64,000 bases of DNA from Antedon mediterranea (taxonomy: Eukaryota; Animalia; Echinodermata). Under the pieces are notes generated by a model. The model was not told the DNA's origin. It ran no database searches and saw only the letters and a list, made by a program, of their open reading frames with translations. Positions 20,480 to 35,400 of the stretch are shown here, piece by piece. Location: positions 6,944,001-7,008,000 of the forward strand of contig NC_092680.1 of the NCBI RefSeq assembly GCF_964355755.1, in the 5' to 3' direction. Numbering within the stretch: position 1 is the first letter of the stretch; each line of letters starts with the position of its first letter. The position numbers were made by a program, and so were the translations under genes.

Positions 20480-23400
20480 CTATAAGAAAATAAAAATGTA
20501 AATATAATACAGAATCCAATATTGCACATACAGATTTATTGGTGCATCTTGTTCCAAACTTTAGAAAATTCTAATCATTCATCCTTCAAGGCATTACAGT
20601 ACCTTACACCCTTTGGTTTGATATTTATTTTAAAAGGTAAAGTTGGACAGCTTTGTATGATAATATGAACACCAACACAATAGGTAATCATTCAATGAAG
20701 AACAAAGTAAGTCTTAAAATAGTCGGTTATGTATGACACTTTCATAAAAAAGTTCAGCAATAACCTTGGGGCCTCCACAAAGCTAGTGCTGGGCAAAATT
20801 GTTGGTTTGACAAGCTGTTACAATGGCTACAGCTGATTGATTAATCACATCATAAGAAATAATATCAATAAATATTTCACTAGCATTCAAAGATAATATA
20901 ACCACAACATGATGAAGGATTTTATTCGTTTTATGGAAAATGTGTATATTAAACATTGATGTAAGCCTGGGCCAACATTATTGTATCTATCTTCCAAAAA
21001 GGAGAGAGGTTTAATTTGAACATTCCTAGAGTCTTTTTTTATTTTTCTTTGCTGAGCCAAACAATGTATGACTGGTAAGACAGAAATGATCAAGATCCTG
21101 TGTTTATATTATCTGTTGCAATACATCAATAATCTCCTTGAAATTATAAAACAAAATGCATAATAGATTCAATCAATGTCAAGTAGAATCAGTACTACCC
21201 TTCAATGTGCACTGAACCATGCAAATCCCCTTCAGAATTCATTCAGTATTATTTAGATATTGGGAGAAAAAAAGTTTTCTTGAATCGGATCAAATTTACA
21301 ATTGGAAAAAAATATGAGGAACCGTTGAGAACACTAGCTTCCCTTGTTGCCATGAAAGTTTAAAACAAGTTAGAGAAAACAGAGGGAGCTTTACTATGTG
21401 AAATGAAGAACAACCACCAACAAGAGAAGAGAACAGTATTCTACACACAACCCTAACACAACAATGAACATATACAGTGTAGTATTTAGTGTTTCGCATA
21501 TCAAAACTAGTATTCAAGAAAAGGTTTCTATGCATAAATTTAATTTTAAGTTAACTTTGTTTTATAAAATATTAAAACATTTAATAAAATATAACAAGTA
21601 TTTCCATTTAGTTCTGTAATTGAGAACAAAAACACAAATGATTAAAGTGAAATTAAAAAAAAATATTTAGTGAAATAAAAAGTAAAAGGAATTGGAATTG
21701 TTTTAAATTTAAGAATTAGTAAAGACCGATCATAGGTATAATAAGTATAGCCAATAATATAATAAGTTTCAATAAGTCATTTTAAATAATGTTTGTAAAG
21801 ACAAATGATAACCAATTTTGAAGTAAACTAGTACTATTAAAATTCAATTGATTAATCTGAATCCAAATATATATTGAAACACTAAAACTTATGCAACTTT
21901 TAAAATATATTAAAATGAACAAATTCTAGAGGTAGTAACATTTTTCAAAAAGACAAAGACAAGCAAACATTTAAATGGCATGCAAATAAATTAATAAAAA
22001 GCAAGAAAAAAAGCATACGATAAAAAGCAGACAAAAAAAAAGACTCACGATGTTAGCGAACATTTCTACATCATAAATAAACTTAGTGCTTCAGCCATGG
22101 CAAATATAGTGTTTAGCATTGTGATACTATAGCAAAAACAATGTTGTATACAATTGTACAGAAAGTTTATAATATGGTGATGGGTAAAATGGTTTTAATA
22201 TTCGCATATTGATTCTATGCTTTGTTTTGATTGGTCAATACTTTTGAGAAACATGAATATTAATGTTTGGTCAATCTTTTACAGTTTTATATGCTTGTTA
22301 TTTTGGTGTTTCATAGCAATAAACAATATTTAAATGATAAATACTGTATGTTGTTTATTAAATTGTGACAAAAATTGAAACAAGAAATACTACTATTACA
22401 AAGATGTTAGTAGAAGTACAAGGGAGCAAAAACATAATGTTTTCCAAACTATGTTTTCATTATCTTAAATTGAATTTAATAAGTAGCAAAATGTCTTGTG
22501 ACAAACAAATGATTAAATAAAAATTTGTATTCATTATAAAATTTGACAATATAAAAATATGAAGCAAAATTGAAATAATTTGAATGTAGAGAAGTGGGGA
22601 CAAACGTGGGGCTTCAAACTCACCTGAACGCCTCTTTTTTCATGCGGCGCTAAAGTCTGAGCACAGAGAACTGTGCGTGCAAAAAAGAGATTAGCAAAGT
22701 ATGTTAGTTATAGAATATTTCATACACATACACATAGATACATTGAACGCAAGTATATTTAAAGCACCATTACCAATTAAAACAATATTCTTATCAATTA
22801 TGTGTTGTTCCTATTTGTGCTGAAATGAATGTGTAAAAAAATGCTAGTTTGTCAATTTTGCAATGAGAATCTAAAGTACGGTAAATGTCATTTATTTTTT
22901 CATTGATGAATAAACTACCTTTATTTTCATCGTAAAAATGTTTAGTTCGAAAAGGTTTGTGGGAGCTATCAATTTGCGATGATCAACGATCTATTGATGG
23001 TGTCGTCGGTCATTGTTTGGTAGTAGTAGTAGTAGCTAAGTAGTGATGTGTTAAACATAACATTGACAACAAAGTGTTAAAGACAAAATTGACAAACAGG
23101 TGTTGAAAGATTTTAATTCGTCTCCTGTCAGTATGATTAGCTGAATGTATTACTTTTATATCCTACATGATTATAAAAGTCTAAAATGAAAAGGTCCTGT
23201 TTTGTTACTATTTTAATAACATTTAAAAATAGGTGACATAACAGGTGTTAATGAAATGCATAAAGTGGTAAGTTGGAGATGATGGATTGGAATTATTGAA
23301 TCTCTAGGTATTAAACGCACTAAAAATAACTGTTGTAATTGAAATATGCCTGAGAAGAGGTGACAGGATTTTAAATATATATATATATATCATATATGAA

Positions 23401-26400
23401 AATGTAGGATAAGATAATTAAATTATTTATCGAAAAGCTGATTATCACTATAATATTATTTATTTTTGGATTTATTTAATTTAACTAATTTTACAATCAA
23501 CATTGTACCAATAATGAATGCATTTTGCGTAAAGTCGAAATTCAAGTAGCGAAAGCTGATTTATTTTCGTCTTTTTTGTCGTCATATTCATTCATTGACC
23601 ATATTATATTATTTTATAGTCACAACAAAAATATTTGCATTTAGAGTTTAGAGTTGTACTTTTAATGGAAATTGGAAATAAGTTTAGATTTTAGAGTTGT
23701 ACTTTTATTGAAAATTGGAAATAAGTTTTTTTGTTAAATGTTTGTTAGGGTTAGGTTAGATGGAAGTATACCCTTCAAGCTATGTTAACAGTTAGCAATA
23801 ACAACATGCTATCATGATCCAGTGTAAATGATGTGCGAGTTACTAGGCAACAAGAGGCAACAAGAGGCCCATAATTGGAGTACTGCCTACTTTGATCCGG
23901 TTCCGTCAGACTTGAAACTTCATATTTACCCTTGTTCTTTCTCATCAGACACCAGCAAACTACACCAGCCATTTCTATGAAACATATCGCCCAACCAACT
24001 ATTGCTAGTATTATGAGGGTTGTTGATGGGTCTTCCATGCTAGATTGTTTACTTGTCCCTGACTTAACCTCATCGTCTATAAAACAAACATTTCAGAAGG
24101 TAAATGCATGAAAATATTTTTTATGGTAAAAAAAACAGATTTTAATCCAGCAAAATATATAAAAATATGAACATAAAATATTTTAAGTAGGCTATAAAAA
24201 CATGCACAATAATCCAACAGCATGTACATAACAAAACAGACAGCGTTTAAAAGTGATTGGAAAAGACCTGAAAATTAAAAACAATCTTAATGAGTCCCAT
24301 CATAAAAACAAGCTGCACATGAAAAATTTCTGTAAATGATTCATATAAAATGAAATATGGCATTAAAAAGCATTTTCCAGTTCTCTCCGTTGATAATCAG
24401 ATCAATATCAAAGTTTGATAAGCAAAATGGAGGAATTTTTAAAGACACATTCATGTATCACAAATTAATTTTTACAAAAGGGTTATATATATAGCATAGA
24501 ATGAAAAATATAATAAAGAAAACAATACAATCTTAAAACAAACACAATAATTTATCTTTTAAATAGTGTATTACTAAATTAATAAAGCAAAATAGCAGAG
24601 CGAGATAGCTGATGAATTGCTGGTGTCTTCTGGTATATCTGTAACAATGCTCAAAATGTGAATTGCAACAACATTAAACACAACACATAACACAAGACAT
24701 TTAGTAGTACATGTTACAATAATTATGATTCTAAAACATCTGCTTTCACATTATGGAAAGGAAATAATAAATGAACAAAACAAGGGTGGCACGCACTAAA
24801 CCGAAAGGAAATATTTGTTTTCCAAAATTTACAAAGGAAAATATATTGATAACATACATTTCATATTATAAACGAAATGTGGTAAAACATTAAAATAGCT
24901 ATACTGCAGTTAGGGACCGTGTGTGTGTATTGTAGAATTCATTCAACATCTGTTATTAAAGCTCTGTCTATACTATCACTATCTAGTTTGACAAAAAAAG
25001 TGTGATGTGCCCAAATATGGCAGTGGTAGACAGAGCTTTAGGGAAAAACTACCTGTATAGAAATTGCTATGATGGGTGGATGCAAAGCATCATAGTATTC
25101 TGAGTCAATAGAGAAACAGGAAGACAGTTTCCCAGCCCTAGGAGGTAGGGTCATGCCGTACCCCGAGACGAGACACAGGTTTCAATAATGGAGACAGAAC
25201 GTATTCAATCTTTTGTGGAAGATATTTATTTATGGGGCAACTCTTTAAAAGATAACTCTTTATGGAATAATGGCATCATATATTCTATACAAGTAGGGTT
25301 TCAGGAAATAAACATGTGAAAGTTTATTATTAAAAACAGTTTGCAATGCTTAATTGAACAAAATTGTACTGTGCATACCCAGCATACATATTAACATTTT
25401 GCTGCTATTGAACAATTGAAAAAAATGGCCATTCTTAACAGCCCAGCATCTCAACAGGTGTACATGCAAATTGCAAGCATTCCACAGGCAATATTAGCAG
25501 CAGCAAATTATTGTTTTATTTCAAGCAATTAAGGAAAACAAACACTTTCATACATCAGTAGACACATAAATATAATATACTGTATATGAGCGATAATAGT
25601 CACAGGGGGCAGGTGGGGCGGGTGGGGCAGGAGGCATGAAATTTGCCAAAAATTAGGGATAGGATTATACTCAAAATAATCAATAACAATAAATATTGAC
25701 ATGTCAACAAGTATAAGGAATTATCAAAGAAATGCAGTAGGGATCATAAGTGATTGATCCTTCATTTCAAGGTTGATTCGTCATCACTTTAAAAACATAC
25801 ATACATACTGTAACAAAATGTTGAAATATTTTAATTAGGAAAGCATGTCTTTCTGTGAGTTTCATTATACTTTGTCATGTCAAATTGATGAAATTTCCTT
25901 TGAACAATTTTTGTCAAAGTAGGAGATACATTTATAAACAGGTTACTTGCACATGTTGCAAATTGACAACACATTGCAACATGTTTAACTTTAACGTGTC
26001 ACTTTAAACATGTTTAACTTTAACGTGTCACTTTTAACATGTTTAACTTTAACGTGTCACTTTTAACATGTTTAACTTTAACGTGTCACTTTTAACATGT
26101 TTAACATGAAAATCATATAACATGTTGCAACTGTAATAACATGTATGTTGAACATGTTACTTATACCAAGGTATACTTGTAACATGTTAATAGGTATTTT
26201 CATTCCTGTGAAAGGTTCATTTTGTCAAGCTGTATGAAAAAAAAGAGGGGAAAGAAATTAGGGGAGAAGCAATTTTCTACCACTTTAAAAATCCACAATC
26301 AGCACTTGATGATTAGGTGTCCACAAAAAGTATGAAGGAAAAAATGGTAAAATAATTATAAAAAAACCAAAGTAAACCCACTTTCAAATGAGAAACTGTT

Positions 26401-29400
26401 AGTTTTGAATGTTTAAATTTGAAAATTAATATTCAAATTTATGTAATTCTACATTTATTCAAATAGTCTCTTTCATAAGGGTTTGGATTCTCAAATAATG
26501 TCACAATAATGGCGGCAACTTGCATTTGGAATAATGTCATTATAAAATCTGCTGTTACAGTCAAAGTTACAAACACAAAAGAAGCAATAGCAATATGTAT
26601 TAAATTGAAATGAATACACATTATTTTATAAAATTATATTAAAGATGTATTGTCCCACAAAAACATGAAAAATGAAGATTAATCAAATCAGACTTTGAAT
26701 ATGTTATTTTGTAGTTTTAAGAAAGTTAATCACTTCCATAGAATAAAAAAATGAAAAAAAAAATGTTTTTTCTTACAAAGTAACAAAATAAATGGTTAAG
26801 TTCAACCAAAAACCCATTTTTTTTCCGATCCAATTTTTGGTCAAAGTGGATAACTATTATGTTACATTAAAATGGCATATTCAACACAAATTTTGTTAAG
26901 AATTATTTTTTCAGGGGGACAATACATCTTTAAATCCTGTTGTATATAATTTTATATATCTATCCTATATTCAAGATTACTAACACAGTCAAATACAGTA
27001 TATAGGAAATATATATGGGTGTAATGTATAAATAATTAATTTGCTTAATGAATTTACCCTCCAATATGTTAATTAGTACTTTGAAAAAATTAGATGGTAG
27101 ATTCAAATTGTGAATTCAATTAACTAACACTAATCCTAATTAATCACAGAGCTTAAAGAATTAAATTCTATTATCCGGCTATCGTCCGGGTGATTACAAT
27201 TTAAATCTAGCTATTTACGTCACTGTAGTAAATTGAGATTAGAGATTACAAATTAGTTTGTTTTCTTAGCACAAATTAATTGGAATATTTTATGAGATGG
27301 ACAGATGGATCAACAATTAATAAACTAAAATGTTTTCTTTGTCATCTATACATTAACTGTAGAGTGTTTTATATAATGTGTAACAATACCATCTACAAGG
27401 AATCAATATATTTAGGAGATGTATTATTTTATAAACAACTAGATTTTTATTTTATATTCGAATTTTATAGTAGTATGTGGACTATTGATTTTTCAATTTA
27501 AATTTATTTAAACAATTTAAATTATATCATTACATTAAATAATTAATTAATAAAATATAAATCTAAAATTTGCTTTAATATATTTTTTTTATTAAAGTTT
27601 ATTAAACTTTTTGTATGAGTAGAATCTCTCTCATTGTGAAAGAGTTCCTTCATTTTAAAGGATAGAACCAATAAATAAATATATATAGCATGTATAAATA
27701 TTAATACAGTATTTATTACTGTCCAAGGATTGACCTATGTTTTGGAACAATGGGTTTTAATTACAAATAGGAAATTCTAGGATTAACGAGATATCCAACA
27801 AGGATCTTCTCATTCAAAAATTGAAATCAAATTTTCTTTCTCTGATTAAGTTTCATTACTGACAAAAATAAATTCAATTTTCTGTGACAGCGCCACCATT
27901 TGGCAAGCTTTTAAATTAATTTGACAGTAGTCTCTAACCTAGTTTGATTGAAAATTCTAAATGTCAAAGGTTTTATATTAATGCATTATTAATGGTGTTT
28001 AGCACAAGTTTTACTTTAGGCTATAGTTACACCTATTCAAATTTTAAACTAAGGTTGTACTAAATCTAACCATTTTAAAGGCTACTGAATGAAAACACAA
28101 AATTATTTATTTAATATCTACGGTATTTAAAATATTCAACTGTTAATGTTATTATAAAAGTCATAAATTAAATAAGGGGTTTAACACACTACATTCAAGT
28201 AGTAGGCATTAAAAAATTAAATAAAAAAGTAATAAACTCTACTCACTTCCATACAAAAAGACAGAATATTAATACTGTAGTAATCAAGACAATACAAAGA
28301 TATAGGAGGATAAGAAGAGCAGAATGAACATGTATTAAGATAGAGAAAAAATAAATTTACAGATATGTATAATTTGCAAATATAATATGAGTATAAAAAG
28401 AGTAGAATGAACATAATACTGCAGATCTATAAATGTGGGTGTACAGTTTGTGAACATAATATAGGAATATATACAGAATAGAATGATACTTTAGATATAT
28501 ATGGTAAATGAAGTGAAAAAAATTATAGATGTACACATTGTAAATACAATTTACAGAAGCATACAAAGGATAAAATGAACACGTAGATATGTTATGAATG
28601 AAGATAATACAAAAATGCAGTGTACAATTTGCATAGATAATAAAGGTAGTATAATAAGAGCAGAATAAACATAATATTGTAAAGAAATAACAGTGAAAAT
28701 GTACAGACAAAGAGAAGTGAGAGAATATAGTTTTGAATGAAAACACATATAATACAATACATTTAATACTAAGCAAGGTCAATGCTCTAATACTAATTTT
28801 CAGACACCACCAATAAATATTCTAAAGATAATCAATAAATAAAGCAATCGTTAAATTCAATGTCATTATTATAAATAAACAGTCTTAATAGCCATGCATT
28901 TTGCATATCTTAATTCAGTTCTGTTAAAAAGAACATGCAGGCATCTTTACATGCAATGGTTAACACTTGCATAATTATTATCATTGACATGTCACATTAT
29001 CAGTCAGTAATGATTCCCTAATAGAAATATATCTTTACTACACAATTATGTTAAAGCAGGTAACCGTCATTAAGCTATAGGAATCCGGCTATATTTTTCA
29101 ATTTAGAAAAGATGTACCAACCACTGTAGCATTTTCTCCTAAGCTATGTAATGTTAAATTTATGCAGTATTTATTTCACCATGGTGTAACTAGATTAAGT
29201 TGGGTTTGATAAATTGTAATGACATAATTCTAACTATAAATTTGAAGTTTAAGAAGTTAATTCTCTCTTTTTACCAGAATGTTATATAACAAATTATACT
29301 AATAATGCATTTCTAATACATGCATGTTACATAGCTGATTACTGTGTTTATAAGATTCTAGGAACTACAAGTGTTTTATAAACAAGTATCTAAACCTAAA

Positions 29401-32400
29401 CTAAAGTGTATTCTAAGATTATCCTGAATGTCAATAAGATTAGTAGGAGCTGTTTGATACAGACAGAGGTGGTCCTGCATAATACAAACTAGAGAAATTG
29501 CCTTTATCGTTTTAAACTAATTTACTTTTAAATGTATGTATTAATAGATAATATAGATATATAGAATAGTGGTATATATATATATAATATGTTGATTAAA
29601 TGTCCTGTTACCAGACTAGATAAAGCCTTAATATTTCATTATTTAGCACTGATTTTATGAGTTATAATGAATGGTTAGATACAGTATTAATCAGTCAAAC
29701 CTCAAGAAACCCATTAGCTGTTTCAGAGCTTATGAATGAAAACACAAATGCATCGTGGGATGCTAGATAAATGCAAGGTGCCGCCAAGGTGAGCAAGGGT
29801 TCATTTGAGAATCCTACCTTCCAGCTTAAGTGGTTTTTCGGTGGGATTTAAAGTGTGGACGAGTTTCTCAGTGGGCCAATCAGAACCCTCCAATATACGC
29901 ATCTCATTACCACTTTCTTGACGGGTATGAGTTGTTTCAATGTTTGTCGTTTGTCGATAGGGTGTGCCCAGTTTCGCTGGTTCTGTGATTAAAAGAAGAT
30001 TATACAGTCACAAACAAACACAAACTAGTATAATTCTAATCACGTCTGATAACAGTTTAAAACATGATAAACTAATTACAATATCTAATATCAATTAGAC
30101 TAAACAAGAAAGTAACTAATGATTAAAGCCCCAGTGCTTATCTATGTCTAGATCAGAGGCCGCAGGGCAGACAGACATTTGCACACAACTACAGTAGTGT
30201 ATGCATGGAGGAATAAGTTCCAAGCTATATACTACCTAATCTAGCATCTCAATGGATGCATTCTAGTGTAAAACTATTGTTTGGTTTAGAACAAAATCCT
30301 AAAAATACATATTTATTCAGAAAAAAATTTGTATTATTTATTCTATATCAAATCAAGCCAATGCACTGGGGTTTTAATTATATATAATATAATAATTAAT
30401 CTCTTTGCTTGCACATTTTTAATTATTACATTGAAATAGTTTCATTCATTAATTTAAAAATGTTTCAATACTATAAGAGTACTTTTGTTGGTTCACTTTA
30501 TAATGATATTATATTAAACAATTTGTTAAATTATTTTTAGCCAACAAAATTGAATTATCCACATAACATGCTTAGTTAAGTTACTAAATAGTATTACAAT
30601 CTAAAACAGTAAAACACATATATACCTGGTAGGCTAGTTGTGGTAGGAACAACAGTGGTAGTAGATGCAGCGGAGGGGGTGGTGACAATAGTAGTAATGT
30701 CTACAATAATACTAAGACAATGAGAAAAAAGCCACGCAACACAAAAAAACCTACACACAAATAACTGGCACAAAATGAAAAGTTGCTTTTAACTTATTAG
30801 ATGTTAAATAATATAAAAATAACTAGATTAAATAATAATGGTTGATTTATTCTATAAAAAAAATTTATATTTCAATAAGTTTGTATTTAAAATTTTAAAG
30901 CAACTTCTTAATTGTTCGATTAAATATACAACATTAAATATACAAATAGAGATCATGCCATGTACATTGCAATTGGAAATGTGGAAGTATGGAAATACAC
31001 TAAAAAAAAATATTCTGTGTAATCAATTATAAAACTAGGTAAATTTGAAATCTCGCCCTACAGAGAAAAAAATGAAAACAAAAATCAATCAATGAAAAAA
31101 CATAATATACAACAATATACTTTTTAAATCAAATTAATAAGATAATTTTGTCTAAAGTCAAATAAATACAAACAAATATAAAATCAGAAATAATAATAAT
31201 AATCATATTATTAAATACTTTTGCCATAATAATAGGCTGAGTTTCTAACATGAAGCTGTAAATATATGGCTTCAAGTTAAGGTGGAATTGTTACAATATA
31301 TCCAAAGAGAGAAACGCAAAGCCAGTCAGCAATATATGCTGGATAATGAATAATGATGTATACAAGACCAGAGCACAAGCACTGTACTGTAGTTCACATC
31401 AATTAAATATATTACAAATTATCAAATAATTTGTATATATATTTATTTCTTATTTGTGTAACCTTGCTTCCAAAACAACAAATAAATTATTTTGGATTGT
31501 ATTTTACGTTAACAAAACTTAAATGTGTGAAAATGAAAAGTAAAAACAATAAAATAATCAAAAATGTGAGAATGTAATTGAAATAAAAATGTGAATCAAA
31601 ATCTATAATTCTACTAACCATCGGGTACGGTACCCTGGTAAGTGCAGTTGTTGAAGGTTGAATCAACTGTAGTTGTACATGCGGACCATAGCAACAGACC
31701 ATAGCAACGAATCAACCAGACAAGCAGGTGAATTGTGGGAAAAGATTGGGAAAAAGAACCAAAAAAAAAACTAAAATCACAATACAGCCAAACTAAAGCA
31801 TGCGGAATTCATAATACAATAGAAAGAATACACTGAATGAATGAATATATAATTGGTTATTTTTTCTTAAGGTTTTTTGTCTAAAATTTAGGTTGATTTT
31901 AGATACAATTTAACATAGGCATTGCTTTATCGCAATGTTATTTGACAATTTTGAAAGTGAAATTTCAAAATGTTATAATTGCTTGAGCCTCACAGGACAT
32001 ATAATATGTAGAAGGATGACCTCTTACACCTCATACATCATTTATTCTTCACTTTGAATTAGATTACATTTAATCTACAAATATCATTTTCCAATATAGT
32101 GTATTCATTCTATGCAAAAATGTTGATATAGAATAACATAAGCAAGTGTATTACTAAACAAAAGAATAGTATAATTCATTTAATTATCTATTATTTAATA
32201 TATTTTTCTATAGTTTTTTGTTTTAGTTTTATATCCATAATGCAAGGAACTTGCAGTAAAATATTATAGGAATCAACTTTTCAAATTTTATATAAAGGTC
32301 AATATATTTAAATTATATTGCAAAGAGATTAATAGTGACAAAATAATTCAAAATACATGCAGTTTAAGTATAAACAAAATTAATGTTAATAAAATATTTA

Positions 32401-35400
32401 AAAAGTGCAAAAATAAACCATTGGCTACAAGCTTGTTAGGGTTCTTTTTCATTTTTTAGTAAATAGCCAATTTCAAAATATAATATATAACAACTAACAA
32501 ACTAGCCATGGCCTTGGTAATATTGGAAAACTCACCTGTGATGGGATCTATAGACAAATCAAAGGTTGAATAGCCAGAACAAAAAGGTTGAATAGTCAAA
32601 GCATGATATCCCATAAGCAGCAGAAAATAAAATTAAAAAACGAAACCAAATTTAAAAAAAATATATTTGTAAAAAAGCATTTTCTATTATATCATCTATT
32701 TTCATTAAATATTGTTATACATTTTTGTGCTTATTAATATAATAAATTAATAAAACTGTAATGATTCAACAAAATGTGAGTATTAGAAATTAAAAAAGTG
32801 ATTAAAATGTGAACGTGATTTAATAGATATAATGTAAATACAATCTGACAAGCAGAACTACGGCTTGGCAACCAAGGAAAGGGACAAGAGGCAAACCCAA
32901 TGATGAGATAGAGAGATGACATAAGGAAATATAAAAAAACAACTGTTTGGTAATTGCAAAAGAGAGAAGTGTAATGGAGAGAGAGCTTTGGAGGAGTGAT
33001 GTGTCCCGCAGTGGACTGCCAAATCCCGCAGAAGAAAACAAAAAACCATACCTGTACAATCTAGTTCTACTCCACTGTAATCTCTATAAATGTAATAAAC
33101 AATTACAAATGAATCAGCATCAAATATAAATGAAATTGTCAATAAAAACAATAAATAATCCTTTTATTTTTTGTTCAATTGCGACGGTTAGTTATTTTAG
33201 GTTAAATTCCAACCACATTGTAGTTGTAAATTATTGTGACTGAATTGAGCAGAATGGCCTAGATGCTCACAATGGATGTGCTGTTCATTTTTGTTCTAGA
33301 AATCTGATTTTTAGAGATGTCACAGAATTTCTCTGTTGTGTGTGTAAAAACAAAACACACAGTACTTTCCTATATACAATGCAATTGTTTTCGATATTAT
33401 GACAATACTTGAGCAAAAAAGTTATTACAAAGCTGTTTCTGTTTTGAATACATATGTTCCTTATCAAAAGCATAGCTAAAATAGATTTCAAGGCTACAAA
33501 GATTGTAAGCTTGTTGACAAATACAAGTAAAATGGTTTTACTTACTCGTTTGTTGAGACAATGCATTTATTACTACTCTCAATCCATTCACAATATGGAT
33601 CTTGCTTACAAGAGCTAAAAAATAACAAGAGGTCAGGTCAATTACCATTAAATGTATTAGCGCTAAATATCTGAAATATAGCCATCTGTGCTGGCATTTA
33701 GCTGTGGTTTATATTACATCGCATACTTAATCAGTGCTATTGGCTAATAGTCAGTCTATAGTTACAACCATGACCTAGTAGCGATTCAGTCTTCATTTTT
33801 TTCTTGCGAGCTTTATGTTTAGAGGGCGTATATCTAAATTTGATGACGTATGGGCTAACAATTCGATCAATAAAAACTAAATGTAATTTTGTAGGTTCCA
33901 TAGTAGCGTAAGTATACTATGTGTATGTTGGCCTAGCATAATGTCATTTCCATGTGTTGTAAAATTGTGGTGCATTGTCATTTGTTCCAGATAGCTCCAA
34001 GTTTTTACTCTGTATAACATATTTTTAGGTCAAGTTCAATGGGGTTAACCATTATATATGAGGCCCTAAAATTAATCCATGATTTATTGATAATTCTTCA
34101 TGCAGATTAAATAAACATAATAAATTTTAGAAATGGTGGAAATGTTAGTAATACATATATATTTTGGAATGTTTTTGCTTTGGTTATTAAGTGTTCTGAA
34201 TCATGCTCATCAAAAATTGGAATACATAGTGATGTAGGGTTGCAAAAGCAATCTACCAATACCCATGACACTAACCTAATACTAAAGCATATGTAAAATA
34301 CAACTGTTACCATATTTTTACCATATGTTAACTATTTTTTGCTGCAGATTTAAATTTTAAAATGTCAAACAAACCCACTCACTAAATATTAACAAATCAG
34401 AGATTCACAAGAATAACAGTACACAATGGTTATGGTTATCAAATGCTAAAAATTGAAACAAGCAGTACAATATTATGTCACTCACCAATTTTTTAAATAT
34501 TGGCAATGTTGAAGGGACAATTCAACCACAACATCCTTTGATGTCACAAATAAAACTTCCTCACCGTCACTGTTTTTGTATAACCTCATGTTTGTGATGG
34601 CATGCCTATTTTCCATCACATGCATGTTGTATAACAGAACTGGTGACACTTTACTGGAACCCGGATGATTCTCTCGCAATACTAATTTCATAATGTGACC
34701 ATCATCTAGCAGAGAAGAAATGTTATTGTATGATTATCTTATCACATAGGGGCGTGTGGCCAGTGTACGCAAGGGAGTGTGGAAGTGTACACAAGGGAGT
34801 GAACAGTGTACGTAAGGGTGTGTGGCCCAGTGAAAACCCTTGCCACATTACTTGTTTTTGTGTTTGATAACTACTGCAAAGTAACTTTGAATCAGGGAAC
34901 TAATTGGTCAGATGTTTACGCAAGCTCAGTGATCTAGTGGTATAAACACTAGTGATCTGGAGGTCGTACGAGTGGAAGTAAAATATATGTCAAGTAGGGC
35001 AAAACTTCTAATTTAGAAAAAATTGATTATCCTACCGGTTCCAGCAAAGACAATAGTATAAGGACCCTTCTTAGTCGTGACAAGCTTCTGCAATCGGTAG
35101 TTACTTCGTGTTAGTGTGAACAAAGGATCGTCCTGTCCGTAATTCATTACTGGATTATACAACAGTGGGTGTGTTTTGATAAAGTTGAGCTCTTGATTAG
35201 TGAGTTGTGTTGAATCTGATGCACACTGCAATACACAAATAGAAGCATCATTTCAAAATTAGTGCTAAGTTCAAATTTATTCACCATAGAAAAATATTTT
35301 TAAGATAATATGTAGTTTGGCCAGACGTACAAACATGCAAGGTGTGTGCGACATTTCTTATGCGTACCAAATTCAAATATCCCTCTAAACTACTAATTAT

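Noticed and set aside
25053-25099. Possible 47-nt semaphorin exon with good acceptor and CAG|gtag donor (minus strand)
   Set aside because: Not frame-preserving between phase-1 neighbours and no compensating exon was found; cannot be excluded as a poison exon.
28217-28782. Hydrophobic minus-strand ORFs up to 141 aa
   Set aside because: Low-complexity T-rich strand bias; no recognisable domain.
33267-33330. Possible exon after the PSI exon (caacag acceptor, gtgagc donor)
   Set aside because: Gives a stop in the required phase; the exon at 33083-33052 fits instead.
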